Shown here: positions 12,701 through 22,540 of the stretch, piece after piece
Position numbering within the stretch: position 1 is the stretch's first letter
Layout: each line of letters opens with the position of its first letter
Source of the DNA: Monocercomonoides exilis PA203
Lineage: Eukaryota; Protista; Preaxostyla
DNA length: 64,000 nucleotides
NCBI GenBank assembly: GCA_001643675.2
Contig: LSRY02000021.1
Location: forward strand, 1,178,001-1,242,000
Reading direction: 5' to 3'
The notes under the pieces: model-generated
Told to the model about the DNA's origin: nothing
The model's input: the letters and a program-made list of their open reading frames with translations, nothing else
The model's database searches: none
Translations under genes and position numbers: made by a program

Positions 12701-14590
12701 GTCAACTGATGATATTTCGCATTCCTCCATTGACAACGATCCATCGCCATCCATCACCACAAATGGCTTGCTTGTCCCACTCTCTGCATTCCCTTGCAGC
12801 ATTGTCACTTTCTGAACACAAAACGATCCAGATGCAACATTAATGACAGGCAATGACGATGATGCTGATTGCACAACACATTCATTCTTTGACAATCCAC
12901 AAACGCTGAATTCATTGGATGAAATTGATATTTGTTCTTCTTTGAACACACTTGGTCGCAGGATGAGAGTTTTGTTCGAATTGCTTGTTGATCTTCCGAG
13001 CGAATATTTGATAGAGCGACAAAAAGGGGCAAAACCACACTGCTCATGATCAATGCCAACTGAATAATCGGCTGTTATTTGATAATTGTTCTCATTGTTT
13101 CTCAGCCATGAACTCAGATCTGATAGATCGGTACACTTATAAGAACCATCATTGCATCTTGTGATCCTTGGAGAAGCACTTGATGAATAGCAATCAGAAA
13201 TGTTGTTTTTATCAATCGTCATCCACTGATGATAATATCCAATGTGAATATCATGTCCGTAAGCATTATTTTTTTCTGTATTGTTATGGAAAAGACAATA
13301 TTTAATGTTAATTGAAGGATTATTAATTTCTTCTTCTTCTGCGAAGAATATACAAGGAGCATAGTTACCACTCTTACAATTCTGCATCAAACAATTCGAA
13401 ATCAATATCAATGTGCTAACGTGCCAGATGTGTGTAATTGTTGAATACGCTTCTGAACTTGAGTTGTCGAAAACACATGAAACAACCACACATGGATTTC
13501 TTTGACTAATATCATAATAAAAACATGTTTTGCTATTCGAAGAACAATTTGACACAAAAGTTGAATTAATCATTCCCGAGTCAATATTAATAGATCTGAA
13601 AAAAGCTGTTTCTCCTGGAGACGAACATTCGTACACATTACAATCTTCAGAAACGAACATTCCATTTGAGTCAATCATTGAAACAGCTCCTGCGCAAGTT
13701 TTTGATGAACATTCCAAGAATGAACAACGGTGTAATATTATTGATGCATTTCCCTCAGCGTGCAGAGCACCACCCATTTCATCACTCTGAAAGTTGAATA
13801 TGTCATCGTCAAACACATTTTCTCCTTCTGTGAAAATTTGTCTTTTGTTATAAGTTGTGAAGCATTTCAAAAACGAACAATTTCCACTTCGAAAAGAGAT
13901 CATCGCAGGCGAAAGAATGCCTCCAGAATATGGACTTTCACAACCAATCATCTCCGTTCTTTCCACCAGAACTCTCTCAGAGCATCCATTTCCATTGTCG
14001 CACTTTTTCATTGATTTTGGCAAAGTGATATTTTCGAACAAAGAATCCGATACAGATATTGATGAAAGACAACTTGAAGAAAGAAATGGCTCATTTCCAC
14101 GAACTTCAAATGATGAAATCCTTGAAGAAGACAAGCACAATTCACCACAATGAGGAAGAACTTCCTTTGAATGATGTGCAATCAAAGATGATAATTGACG
14201 ATCATGAACCACAAAATTGAATGAAATATTTTTGAGACATATTCGGCCTGCAGAACAGCCAAGCAGATTTTTTGATTGTGGATGGACAGAAAACGAACAA
14301 CAGCAAATATCCAGTTTCGAATGTGAATCAACTGATGCAAAATGTTTCTCCACGTTCATGAAATATGAAAGTGCAGACAAGTTAATTGTTGAGTTCTGTA
14401 CAACAAAAAATGAATGGTCATTTTCCAATTCACCTTTTTTGCAGTTTTCTTTGCTTGTCTGCTCAAATGATAATCCTTGATTATCTGAACTCAAAATTGT
14501 TGTTGAACAACAACAAAATTCAATTCCATCAATGTTGTTTCCAGAAACCAACAAATAAAACGCGAGGCACCGCAGAATGAGCAGATTCAT
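6752..14590 (-). CDS. Large single-pass receptor-like protein: Cys/Ser-rich repetitive ectodomain, TM helix, degenerate TK/TKL-like kinase domain
   Basis: Uninterrupted ORF; probable ATG 14590 (MNLLILRCLAFYLLVSG, signal-like); GGG-hydrophobic beta-helix-type repeats; TM WPIIVIVLVVILLIVLIIAVAFIV followed by RWRK; kinase C-lobe RWKAPEL, SFSIGIMLWECLTLQIPF, ERPS. Confidence 0.85.
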   Translation of the reverse strand: MNLLILRCLAFYLLVSGNNIDGIEFCCCSTTILSSDNQGLSFEQTSKENCKKGELENDHSFFVVQNSTINLSALSYFMNVEKHFASVDSHSKLDICCCSFSVHPQSKNLLGCSAGRICLKNISFNFVVHDRQLSSLIAHHSKEVLPHCGELCLSSSRISSFEVRGNEPFLSSSCLSSISVSDSLFENITLPKSMKKCDNGNGCSERVLVERTEMIGCESPYSGGILSPAMISFRSGNCSFLKCFTTYNKRQIFTEGENVFDDDIFNFQSDEMGGALHAEGNASIILHRCSFLECSSKTCAGAVSMIDSNGMFVSEDCNVYECSSPGETAFFRSINIDSGMINSTFVSNCSSNSKTCFYYDISQRNPCVVVSCVFDNSSSEAYSTITHIWHVSTLILISNCLMQNCKSGNYAPCIFFAEEEEINNPSINIKYCLFHNNTEKNNAYGHDIHIGYYHQWMTIDKNNISDCYSSSASPRITRCNDGSYKCTDLSDLSSWLRNNENNYQITADYSVGIDHEQCGFAPFCRSIKYSLGRSTSNSNKTLILRPSVFKEEQISISSNEFSVCGLSKNECVVQSASSSLPVINVASGSFCVQKVTMLQGNAESGTSKPFVVMDGDGSLSMEECEISSVDSKLLLEVSFMQIFGGNVELSGVGISGMNFISDSLISFNVNQSGSVLHVVNTNFTSIQRESGSGGIIERNDASTGSVVVENCLFENVSAGKDGGGLGMRGEWKGELIVNGTTMFEGCCAGSLEEKGRGGGLFINVDSTESDFTIYESVIFSEENPNKAFHGSDVFVQCGSGLLLDEIIDQASFGFFKDGNCMNNEEKLCGCEDGTSLPVIPLCVYLCDFESPISVDERSGADHSHCGYSVFCCSTIDFCVRERVNELVNSVEVISSASIKNPFVVPLFQTSQISISSSSASSSSSQYPLVNVGLTDSISTDCHNVIQCSGSFSLSFLSFALPRVLPSSMSSIIQSSIFLSLSNISIAFSADSLASSVAFSLIHVSGGELELTGLVVSEDITFTALSPINVNGASRVAVEGCTLTEMANEGGSGGCMTVETSGGGTISIKNTNISSKCKNEEGLRGGGMMILIGSGGSLEMKNVNLSECEVPSEDVVDGGKGMGGGMFVALPEEIEKFVMEGMTFEGCNAWKGKNMFVSGWDLREVVNKDHFKWEMSSEELESLDELCGWEGMTTGEEYEIPLVVYLWSNWSGKGFVSKEKGGGFSGCGYSEAPCSSIDHMIKMRFSPVALEKSIIKVEGSASLKHSVSLLPSKPSDENRPLISVEGGDEAVHLFVSGDGDSSDDGSLISNSVNASFSNLIIDLPSRYEFHKSFIRSVYSVSFSLCRFIPSDTLSPSSSSLCVLDIAEGDVSLEHCALVTLSLANPFLRLSANFHSAHMHNTSFINSSVSSDSFISVFPTGLHSNQLALGDSPDLPVDCPSMNMTSVTVENVSRTEEGSVFLGVDEFAGLKCGMENCTFWNCLSRQSNRGGGLMMHMKNEESSLGVKNCTFVLCACSESTGRGGGMMLDFCDPDAPFQTPSKPLLLHIAGVQFMMNSAFMGKDVFINCHSIDEQINETLFALDFSQPSLRMNTSICGSDSAHSDIDLIPLITFLYTPQVFVSMEFEDSNQCGKQDNPCRSVSHGVRHVQAGLFNAICVDSSSVVAEPTVVSDLTLKSITKHQSAIHFNSSIEEESEGSWIMLFENECLVEDCLFSFDEHFSAEHTAIMKQLNGSLAFSGCTLQSSSVESTLNSSVIVVEGGVFEMEKSSICVMGTAQPLFLFKSGSAATLNQIEISTIKTTATAMIVESSASVNIMQLAASDVVLCGENFISLAKGKNQHVSEKDAGEKVVLQMGISSFSNITSSNSSSSNSHVVESACEKTRSQLLNCSFERCFTPSEKGSLVEISSGASLSLQSCELIGCEDEHQSEKNGADEDVCKWTGSLVDVCEGLLEMKDTSITNSSKGGLSISGGSAVIESCLFENNSKSIERYRSARRNVFCTGSGTLNVVDLKGGDGWERNTSLWILNEGCKLLGIAAERSSEFFIPTLKSVETTQKEDIVELTFRGTLLLPCNLGFQIVSKINNVSSIETHAFAEDEFVSEEEVQGKIGSSLVSSAPTEAEVAVCILFGHVSNPSSTEPFVLKNKSESEPKGDEKIVEGGKKEKSIWPIIVIVLVVILLIVLIIAVAFIVRWRKQKRRTKDLREIVNDTVRKDPKLIEMVTMEMSPEDQWRRAEREAEKKNEERMKKRVYEKSLGHSESSEHLLSESDSTEYILGRDSDKIPEWMLEKVDEKEEEEEVRKGSPSPSISSTSTTDTSDTESTFVRGEDLCPTTSSMSNLVDAMACSSPHEKLIVDLRDSMFMLLHGRNEKKEMAIGTLQEREQTAAQILFWVANLALRSFDEMENPLQSLSNLSPHVVLFSEHMVICIVMHSDCSSSSDDSDSSSISSTTTIATSSSDCSCANGNGRGSPPPSSAFEDDDDNRKECMRWKAPELMMNKNMGATKSSVSFSIGIMLWECLTLQIPFGEYEAEVAGKKIVNGERPEMGMAEESTLGGVLKNCMLQTPSERPSLVILKREFIQRFPAGAVVMTVSDAVDIDDETGDCEESNFSSLIEQ

Positions 14591-16783
14591 AGAATGCGAA
14601 TTCTCCTCAATTTTATTATGGTTCTGAAAGAATAATCTCAATTATGGTTTGTTTCAATAAAAAAGTCTTTTTCTTTCAAATCGAGAATTTGACAATCTCA
14701 GTCCAATTAGATTATGAGCAGTTGTAATCAAAGAAAAAGATAGATAATTATTCGACTGGAATTGGATTAATTGTGAAAATAACAATTCATCAATGATCCA
14801 AATGAAGAAATTCCAAACAATTCCTTCTGCACAAATCTGTATCTGTGAATTAACAAATAAATAATTGAATTCCGTTCAAAGAGCACTTCAAATTAATCTC
14901 TGTTGTGGTGGTAGAAAAACATTCCAAAAACCAGAAGACAAATTTTGTTTGTGAATATCTTCAGATGTTTCATAAATTAGTTTTGTTGGTTCAAGAAAAC
15001 GTTATCAACAGAATTTCACATGCATTAGAACCACATCTCCAAAAAAGTCGTTGAAGAAGAAAAGTTGAAAGAACATGGTAGCCGAATAAATGAATTAGAG
15101 AAAATGCGCTCACAAATGGAATACATCAGAAGTTCTGTGAATTCCTCATATGAGTTCAATTCGAGGCATTTTTTAATATTCATTAATATTTGCATTTCAA
15201 GAATATATTTTTCTGTTTTGATCATTTCTCATTATGAAAGTGTTGAATTTGAAAAATATTGAAATTGCCAAATGTGAGCAGCTGAAGTTTGTACTGTTTT
15301 AATAAAACTGAAAACATCTTCTTTTGTTGATTGGGCATCTTCGCAATCATGGTTTGGTGTGACTGGATTCATTCACCAACGAAAAGGATGAAATCTGAAA
15401 TAAAGCTTTCCTTTCTTTTCAATGGACAAATGATGCGTTTGTGATTTAGGTTTTTGTGCACGGAGATAAAGAAAGAGAGCTATGATTGAATTTTGAAACA
15501 GAAATGTTTGTTGCTTTCATGCTTCTTCAAAATTGTGAAAAGAATATCTCATTCACTCTGAGTAACGTTTTGATAAGGATCAAACAAATAATGGAAGTTG
15601 ACTTTCCAAACATGTGCCTCATGTGGATCAGCAATTATTCATTCAACTGAAAATTTGTGCAATGCTTCTTTGCTCAGAGTATTTGAGAGCCAGAATGATC
15701 AAATGCAGAAAGCAGAAAAAACAATCTGGAGGAAAACAAGTGTTGCAAAAGGCGAAACGATTCGTTATTGATTGAATGAAAGTGATTTTTTCCAGTTTGA
15801 ATTGAAGCTCATCAGTCGGATTGTGTTCTCTGAAAAGATTGTTGGCTAATGAAATGAATGTTTGAGATTGGTTGAGAAAAATAAAGGAAGCGTGGATTTG
15901 GAAGAAGGAGAGAAAAGAAAAGAAGTGAAGAGATGGAGGAAATGAGACAGCAAATATGAAGACGGCATTTCAGAAGCGATGAAAAAATAAAAAAGGTGCT
16001 CTCATAATCGATGAACGAACAAAATTGATGCGTCGTTTCAGTTCTGTTGAAAACTGTGAGAAATGTTCTTGATGATGTATTTTTTAATGTGATGTGCAAT
16101 GTGTGCTATTTTGAGAGCGCCGATGAATGAGAACTTTCAAATACGATCTCTTTTCAAATCCATCAAATGAGCAGGGAAAATTATGAGAAATCAGACCATT
16201 ACTGATGGCTTTTTGAATATTTTAACGGATTTTGAAAGAAAGACCGAACATGTGTGAAAAGCACTTTTTGTGAAGATATTTGATCTTGGATTTGAATTTT
16301 ATTTTCATTTTTCTTTCTTTCTTTCAGAAGATCATATGACACTTTAACTGACTGCCTTTTTGCCAACATATTTCCTTATATGCTTTGTTATTGAATCCAA
16401 AGCAGATGGAAAATGTTCAAAAATCCGTAAAAGAGGATTTGCCATTCATGATTTTCCCTTCAAAAGATGAGGATTTCTGTTCAGTGGAAGAAGATATGAA
16501 GAGAACAGCAAACATCGACCACAAACAAAGAGAAAGGAAGACGAAAAGTGCAAGTGAGAGATTTCATTATCTCTCAGAAATCCATTGGAAGCGGTTGCTT
16601 TTCTGAAGCGATTCAATGATGATAATAACAGATTTGTTCAGAACAAACAAACTATTTTGCGCCTGTTCAGCGAAAACAAATCAGCAACCAAATTCGAATG
16701 AAATAGCATAAATCCTGATTTCTGAACAGCTGTTATTACGTGTTCCATATGACAAAAAACTGAATGGAGAAATTTTGACTCTT

Positions 16784-18058
16784 TTACAAAACTGAATCGA
16801 AGGCTATAAATGGAATTTCCTTCTTCGCTCCATAATGAACGGTTTTTATTTTTAAACATTCAATTCCTCCTCCGCAGGAGTTTGCAGTGCAAGAGTTAAA
16901 TTTGCAAAAAGAAACTAATGATGTTCCTGAGGGCAAATTGCCCATCCAAATTGCGCTTCCACTTGAAGTTTCATCAATATCAAGTCCCCCATTTTCATTT
17001 GCCTTTGATCCATTCCATTCACACCAGATAAATGTATTTATCACTTCACTTGTCAAATTTTGCCTCCCTGGTTTTGAAGGGTTGCTTTCGTTTCCAATAA
17101 ATTCAGCATTTGTTGTACGATAACATCCAACAAATGATGCGTTTGTTGCCAAAAGAGATGACGATGGAGCATTGATCGATCGAACAATTCCTCCATCAAG
17201 TGCATCACAAACAGACGAAAACAAACAGCAGCTTATGATCGTGCTGCATTCTTTCACATCCTTAGAAATGCTCTGTTTTGATTTGAATGTTGAGGAAATA
17301 TTGAAGAACTCCAAATTGGAAAGTGTGGCTTTTTCAATGAATTTTGAAGACAAAAATGGTGCAGAAGAAACAGTGAACGAAGAAAAGAAAGAAGAACTCA
17401 CGAGCACGTTTCCCAATTTTGGAGAAATTGAAATGCACGATTTCCCCAAAATTAGTGGGGCTTGTTGAAACGAAGATGGATTCATGGAATGCAGCGTAAC
17501 ATTTGTTAACATTGCATCGCTGCAACTTAACTCAATTGGAGATGCAGTGATTTTTGTGCATATTCTGCATGCGCTGAGCACCATTGTGCTTTCACATTCA
17601 GCACAGAAAACTCGTCCGTTTGAACACTCTGCAAATGCCAAACTTTGAAGAATAACTGTTGAATTTGAAAACAGCAAGTATCCAAGAATCCCACTTTCGT
17701 AGAGTTTGTTTCCACTTATTTCATCTTTCAATTCGTTAGTATAACATTTTGGTTCGAAAAAAATAACTTGCCATTCTTTGACAATATTTCCCATGTTTTT
17801 CCTTTTCATTTTTACAAAATCTTGTTCGCTTGCTTCTGTTTCTTCATTTCTTCTGCCTGAATTCTCATAATTTTTTGAACATTTATTGTTTCTTCTATTT
17901 GTGAAGCAAAAATCATTGTTCTTCCTGATGCCTTCCAAAATAATTCCCTTTTCTTCTTTCTTCGTAATCTTCGTCTCATAATTCTCTTTGTTTGCAGCAC
18001 CTGCGATGATGCAAAGCACACATATGCACAAAGTCAAAAAACTTGCTCCATGTGTCAT
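16784..18058 (-). CDS. Secreted/surface Cys/Ser-rich protein family member, probably 3'-truncated or frameshifted
   Basis: 424-aa ORF with signal-like N-terminus, FIWCEWN and CGGGI motifs; family-like sequence stops near the C-terminus. Confidence 0.6.
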   Translation of the reverse strand: MTHGASFLTLCICVLCIIAGAANKENYETKITKKEEKGIILEGIRKNNDFCFTNRRNNKCSKNYENSGRRNEETEASEQDFVKMKRKNMGNIVKEWQVIFFEPKCYTNELKDEISGNKLYESGILGYLLFSNSTVILQSLAFAECSNGRVFCAECESTMVLSACRICTKITASPIELSCSDAMLTNVTLHSMNPSSFQQAPLILGKSCISISPKLGNVLVSSSFFSSFTVSSAPFLSSKFIEKATLSNLEFFNISSTFKSKQSISKDVKECSTIISCCLFSSVCDALDGGIVRSINAPSSSLLATNASFVGCYRTTNAEFIGNESNPSKPGRQNLTSEVINTFIWCEWNGSKANENGGLDIDETSSGSAIWMGNLPSGTSLVSFCKFNSCTANSCGGGIECLKIKTVHYGAKKEIPFIAFDSVL

Positions 18059-19535
18059 TTGATTTTCTCCCAGCTAAAACTCAATTTTAAAAACGAGAAA
18101 GTGTTTGCTTCTTCGATCTTTCGTTCCGCCCATTATTGATAACTGAATTGCGTTCAAAAACAAATAATTCAATTGATCTTCAATTTTCCTTCAGATGCGG
18201 GAAAATGAGGACAATGACCATTTTGAGTGTTATTCATTAATCTCAGTTGAATCAATCCAAAAATTCATTCACAAGTTCCGTTCAAAGCCAAAGCCGAATA
18301 AAAATAAATAAAATAATATTTCGTGATGAGCTTTAGATAAAAATACTGAATGATAAGTTGACATTGATAGTCCTTTTCCAAATAATTGTCGTGCTTCGAA
18401 ATAATGAATGTTCATTGATTTTTTTTTATGTTTCAATGCGTCGGCTTCAGATTTCGTGTATATTTTTATTCTCTGATATTTTTTTCGATTTTTTTTAAAT
18501 AAAGCATCAGTTATGTGAAATTGTCTTTTTTGAAAGTCTGGACAGTTTTTGGTGATCTGAAATGATACAAATCTTATCGATGCTTCAGTGTTGTTCGTGA
18601 AGATAAGTGCTTTTCATTCTTCTTTCTATTTTATTTCTTGTTCCGTTCGCCTTTCTTTTCCTATTTCGATCATCAGAAAACTCTCAAATCGATTCCTTTC
18701 TTCAAGATTTCATTCAACTCTAAATTGGCTCGCGTGCTTATCTTCTTTTCCGATAAACGTGAATTTTATGCTTTCATAACGCACTTTTCCAAAACCACTA
18801 TTTTTCTAGGCAGCTTTGCCTCATCAATTTTAGCCACTTTCTTCGATAATTCCTTGAAGACATTCCATTGTTATAAATTTTATAAAACATTTGAAAGTTG
18901 TAACGGTTGCATTCTCCCGCCTGAGTTGAAACAATATCCCACACAAAAAAGCATATGAATAAATGTAAATGGAGGAGAATAAATTTCAGCGGCTGCCCTT
19001 TTCTTGTATTTTTTTGCCCTTTGTTTTGAAGTTCAAGCATTTTTCGTAAAAAAGTGTCTCATTTTGAAGATTTTCCCGATTCCCACAAGCTCGCATAATG
19101 AACATCGAACTTTTCGTATTATTTCTCGGAATTCAGAACCTTTTTCATTCAGTATTCAAAACTCTGAGCTGTAATTGTATTCCATCTAATTTCGAACATT
19201 CCATTCGCATGAAGCTTGCGTTTGTCAAACAATTCAATTTTTTGAAAATGGTGAATTAGCAACTTTTGTTAAATGTTGATTTTTCCTTCAAATCACATGA
19301 AGCAGCCAAAAACAACTCAAAAAATTACAAATAATGGATAAATGAAGGATTTGACGTTCCAGTTTCTAATTGCTTTAAATGGAAAATTGAATGAAACGCA
19401 TACATTTTTGTGGAATGTGTTTGATTTTAAAAAATTATAATATGTGAAAGTCAATTTTTAAATCACTTTTTTCGAAAAAATAAAACGTTTTCATTAGAAG
19501 AAAAAATGAATTTACAAAATATAACAACAGTGTAA

Positions 19536-20384
19536 TCACTTTTTGCCTTTTTTCCCTTTTTTCCCTTTCTTTGCCTTCGGATCTTCTTTTGGTTTTGGAG
19601 CAGGTGGACTTATTGATTCTTGATATTTAAGCCAATTATATTTCTGTTCAGGAAGTAATGCTTGGATCTCTTCATAGTGAAGTGCATGAGCCCTGTGTTT
19701 AAATTTTATTGCAAAATATTTATCATGGAATTATGTGCTTGGACGCAATCAAGGAAAAAAAATCTCAAACCAGTACCAAGCAGTTTTTCCTCCGGAATCG
19801 ACTCTTTCAACATTTGCACCACGCGACAAAAGTTCCTGAACAACTAAAATGAAAATGTAGGTGAAATATAGTTGCAGATAAAGAATTAAAGGAAAACTTT
19901 TCAAATTTCCTTTCATTGTTGCAATGTGAAGTGGAGTTGCGCCATTTGAATCAGCAATATCAACATCAGCACCATTGTTTAATAGAAAAAGTGTAGCCTA
20001 AAATTTTTAAAAAAATTTACAATAATTGAGGATTTTCCATTCATAATGAATAAAGTTTTATACATCGTTAAAGCCAAGTTTTATTGAAATTAATAATGGA
20101 GTATTTCCTCCTGATTCTTTATCTTCTTGAGCATTAATATCGATTCCACGTTCAAGAAAAAACTTGATCAATGCCATGCTACCTTTTTCACATGCAGCAT
20201 GAAGACAGGTCATCCCATTTGTCCCTTTTTCGTTAACATCTGCTCCAAAATTAGTTATTAAATTTTCACATTCAACAAGATCTCCTTCTAGTGCAGCGCG
20301 AATTAGAAGTGTGTTGTATCGAGAAGGAATAGCTGAAGGCTCGGGCCTATCGCAAGTTGCAAGCACTTTTTCAACGATAGACAT
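19536..20384 (-). CDS. Ankyrin-repeat protein, 4 exons, basic KKGKKGKKGKK tail
   Basis: GMTCLHAAC, GNTPLLISI, GATPLHIAT and GKTAWYWA repeats joined in frame by three GT-AG introns (first 20063-19998); ATG 20384, TGA 19538-19536. Confidence 0.9.
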
Positions 20385-20871
20385 TAAAATATGGGTTTTT
20401 AATAGATTCAATTAACAATTGGGAAGAATTTTTTTGATTCATGAATTTTGTTCCACACAATCCTAACAAAGATTTTTCTCAACTTTTTTGTATTTCACTG
20501 TTTTTTTGCAAAAGAATATCAGGATTATTATTACGCGATTGCAGAATAAGTTTTGAACAAATCATTAATTTTATCTTAAATGCATGAATTTTGCCCCAAT
20601 TTAATCCTTGACAAAAAATGATTGGTAAAATATAACAATTCAAAATTAAAATGTATCAAAAATTCGAAAATTTTATTGAATAATCTACAAACTAGTAACT
20701 ATTTTCCTAAATTAACATGAAATAAATAATATTTTCCAAGGAAGTAGTTTTTTGTCATATATCGGATTTCTTAAACTTTTTCTTAGATAATAGCATTATT
20801 TTTTTAATTATGAGAAAAAAGATGAATAAAAGAAACTCTTTCAGAAATGTGATCAATCCCACCTTTTACAA
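20385..20871. promoter_or_regulatory. Putative bidirectional promoter region between the ankyrin and LeuRS-like genes
   Basis: 487-bp AT-rich gap between divergent start codons; inferred from position only. Confidence 0.4.
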
Positions 20872-22508
20872 ATGTCAGAGACAGAGGGTAGATCCTTTCC
20901 TCTTTCTCTGCGTGCCTCCCAATTAAAGTCCCAGCAAAAGTGGGAAATAGAAAATGTATTTACAGTGCATGAGAGTTCGGATCCGTATGCGGAAAAATAT
21001 TTTATAACCACTCCAATGCCATACACTGACTCACTAATGACTTTAAATCGGGGATATGCTCTTGTGAAGACGGATATTCGCGCAAGCTATCAGGTGCTAA
21101 GAAAGAAAAAAGTTTTATTTTCAATGTTTTTCCATTTTGGTGGAACAAGAATCCAGGTTTTCAAATCATTATCATTGTACCTTTGTACTGTAACCTATCA
21201 AAATTTTTTAGGCTCGCGCTAAAAAACTCAAGCAGGAGATTATCGGAATGGATAAAGAAGCTCCAAGGATGCTAATTGTATCTGATAGAACAACAGAAGC
21301 AATGTCTCGAAAGGAACCTGAAAAAACATCAATGAATGTAACCAAACTTTTGACGCGCTGTGGAGTTCCTGCTTCAGAAATCAAGTTATTTGTTGAACCT
21401 CACCATTGGTTGGAGTACTTTTCTGATCGTCATACGGTTGTTATTCATCAAATTTTGAAATTGTAATTTTTACAATATTATTTCTCAAAAATGTTCTTGT
21501 TCTTGTTTTTATTTATTTTCGAAGGAAACATTGGTTAAGCTAGGTCTTCGTGTTGACAAAAATAGAATACAGTTAATGACTAGAAATAATCCTTTCTTTC
21601 AATCCTTTATTGATTGGCAGTATCAGGTTTTATATCAAGAAGGGAGAATTAAAAAAAAAATTATACCTGTTATATGGTCCGAAGTGATGGAACAGCCGTG
21701 CCTCGACCACGACCGCCTACAAGGAGGTGATGCACATCCTAAGGAATATTGCTTATTGAAGCATCGGTTGCTCGAACTTCCTTCATCTATAAGCATTGGA
21801 AACAATAAATGGAGCCTTAAGCAGATTAACGAATGTCAAATCTATTGCGTGTCAGCTACAACGCGAGTGGAAACACTTTGGAACCAGATTGGTTTGTGGG
21901 TGCAGCCATCCTGCCAGCTGTATGGCCTTTGTGTGGACGAGGGATTTTTGTCAGAGAAAGCTTCTCGTGCCAATCGAAAGCATCAGAAAAACGATCAGTC
22001 TTCAACTGCCGCTTTGAAAGACGACAAAACAGCCTCACCGGAAGCGAAAGAGGGCTCGCCAAAGGACGCAAGCGCGGACTCCTCTCAGCAGGCGCCTGTG
22101 AAGCGGATACCACACACAGTGTTTATCTGCAACGAGCGCGGGGCAATGAACATATTCAACCAGCTGTGTGTGCGTGATGCCGAGAGAGGGCGCAAGTGGA
22201 AAGAGCGGGTGGTCTTCAAGGTGTCGAGCGACGATCTGTGCGGCTGCCGCATCGAGCCGGCCCTGTGGTCACACTGCATCCAGCACGCGCCTTCCACTCT
22301 GTCTTCGATCTTGGCCTCGGAATCTGATTTGGGATCTGCTTCTGGATCTGCTTCAGGCTCAGCTTCTAATTCTGATTCTGATTCTTCTTCTTCGGCATCA
22401 TCGCAATCATCCACACCAACATTAACAGCATCCGCAACTGCGACTGTCTCTTCTTCCACTACTTCTCCATCCAACTCTTCTTCTTCTTCCTCTTCTTCTT
22501 CTTCCTCT

Positions 22509-22540
<32 letters not shown>

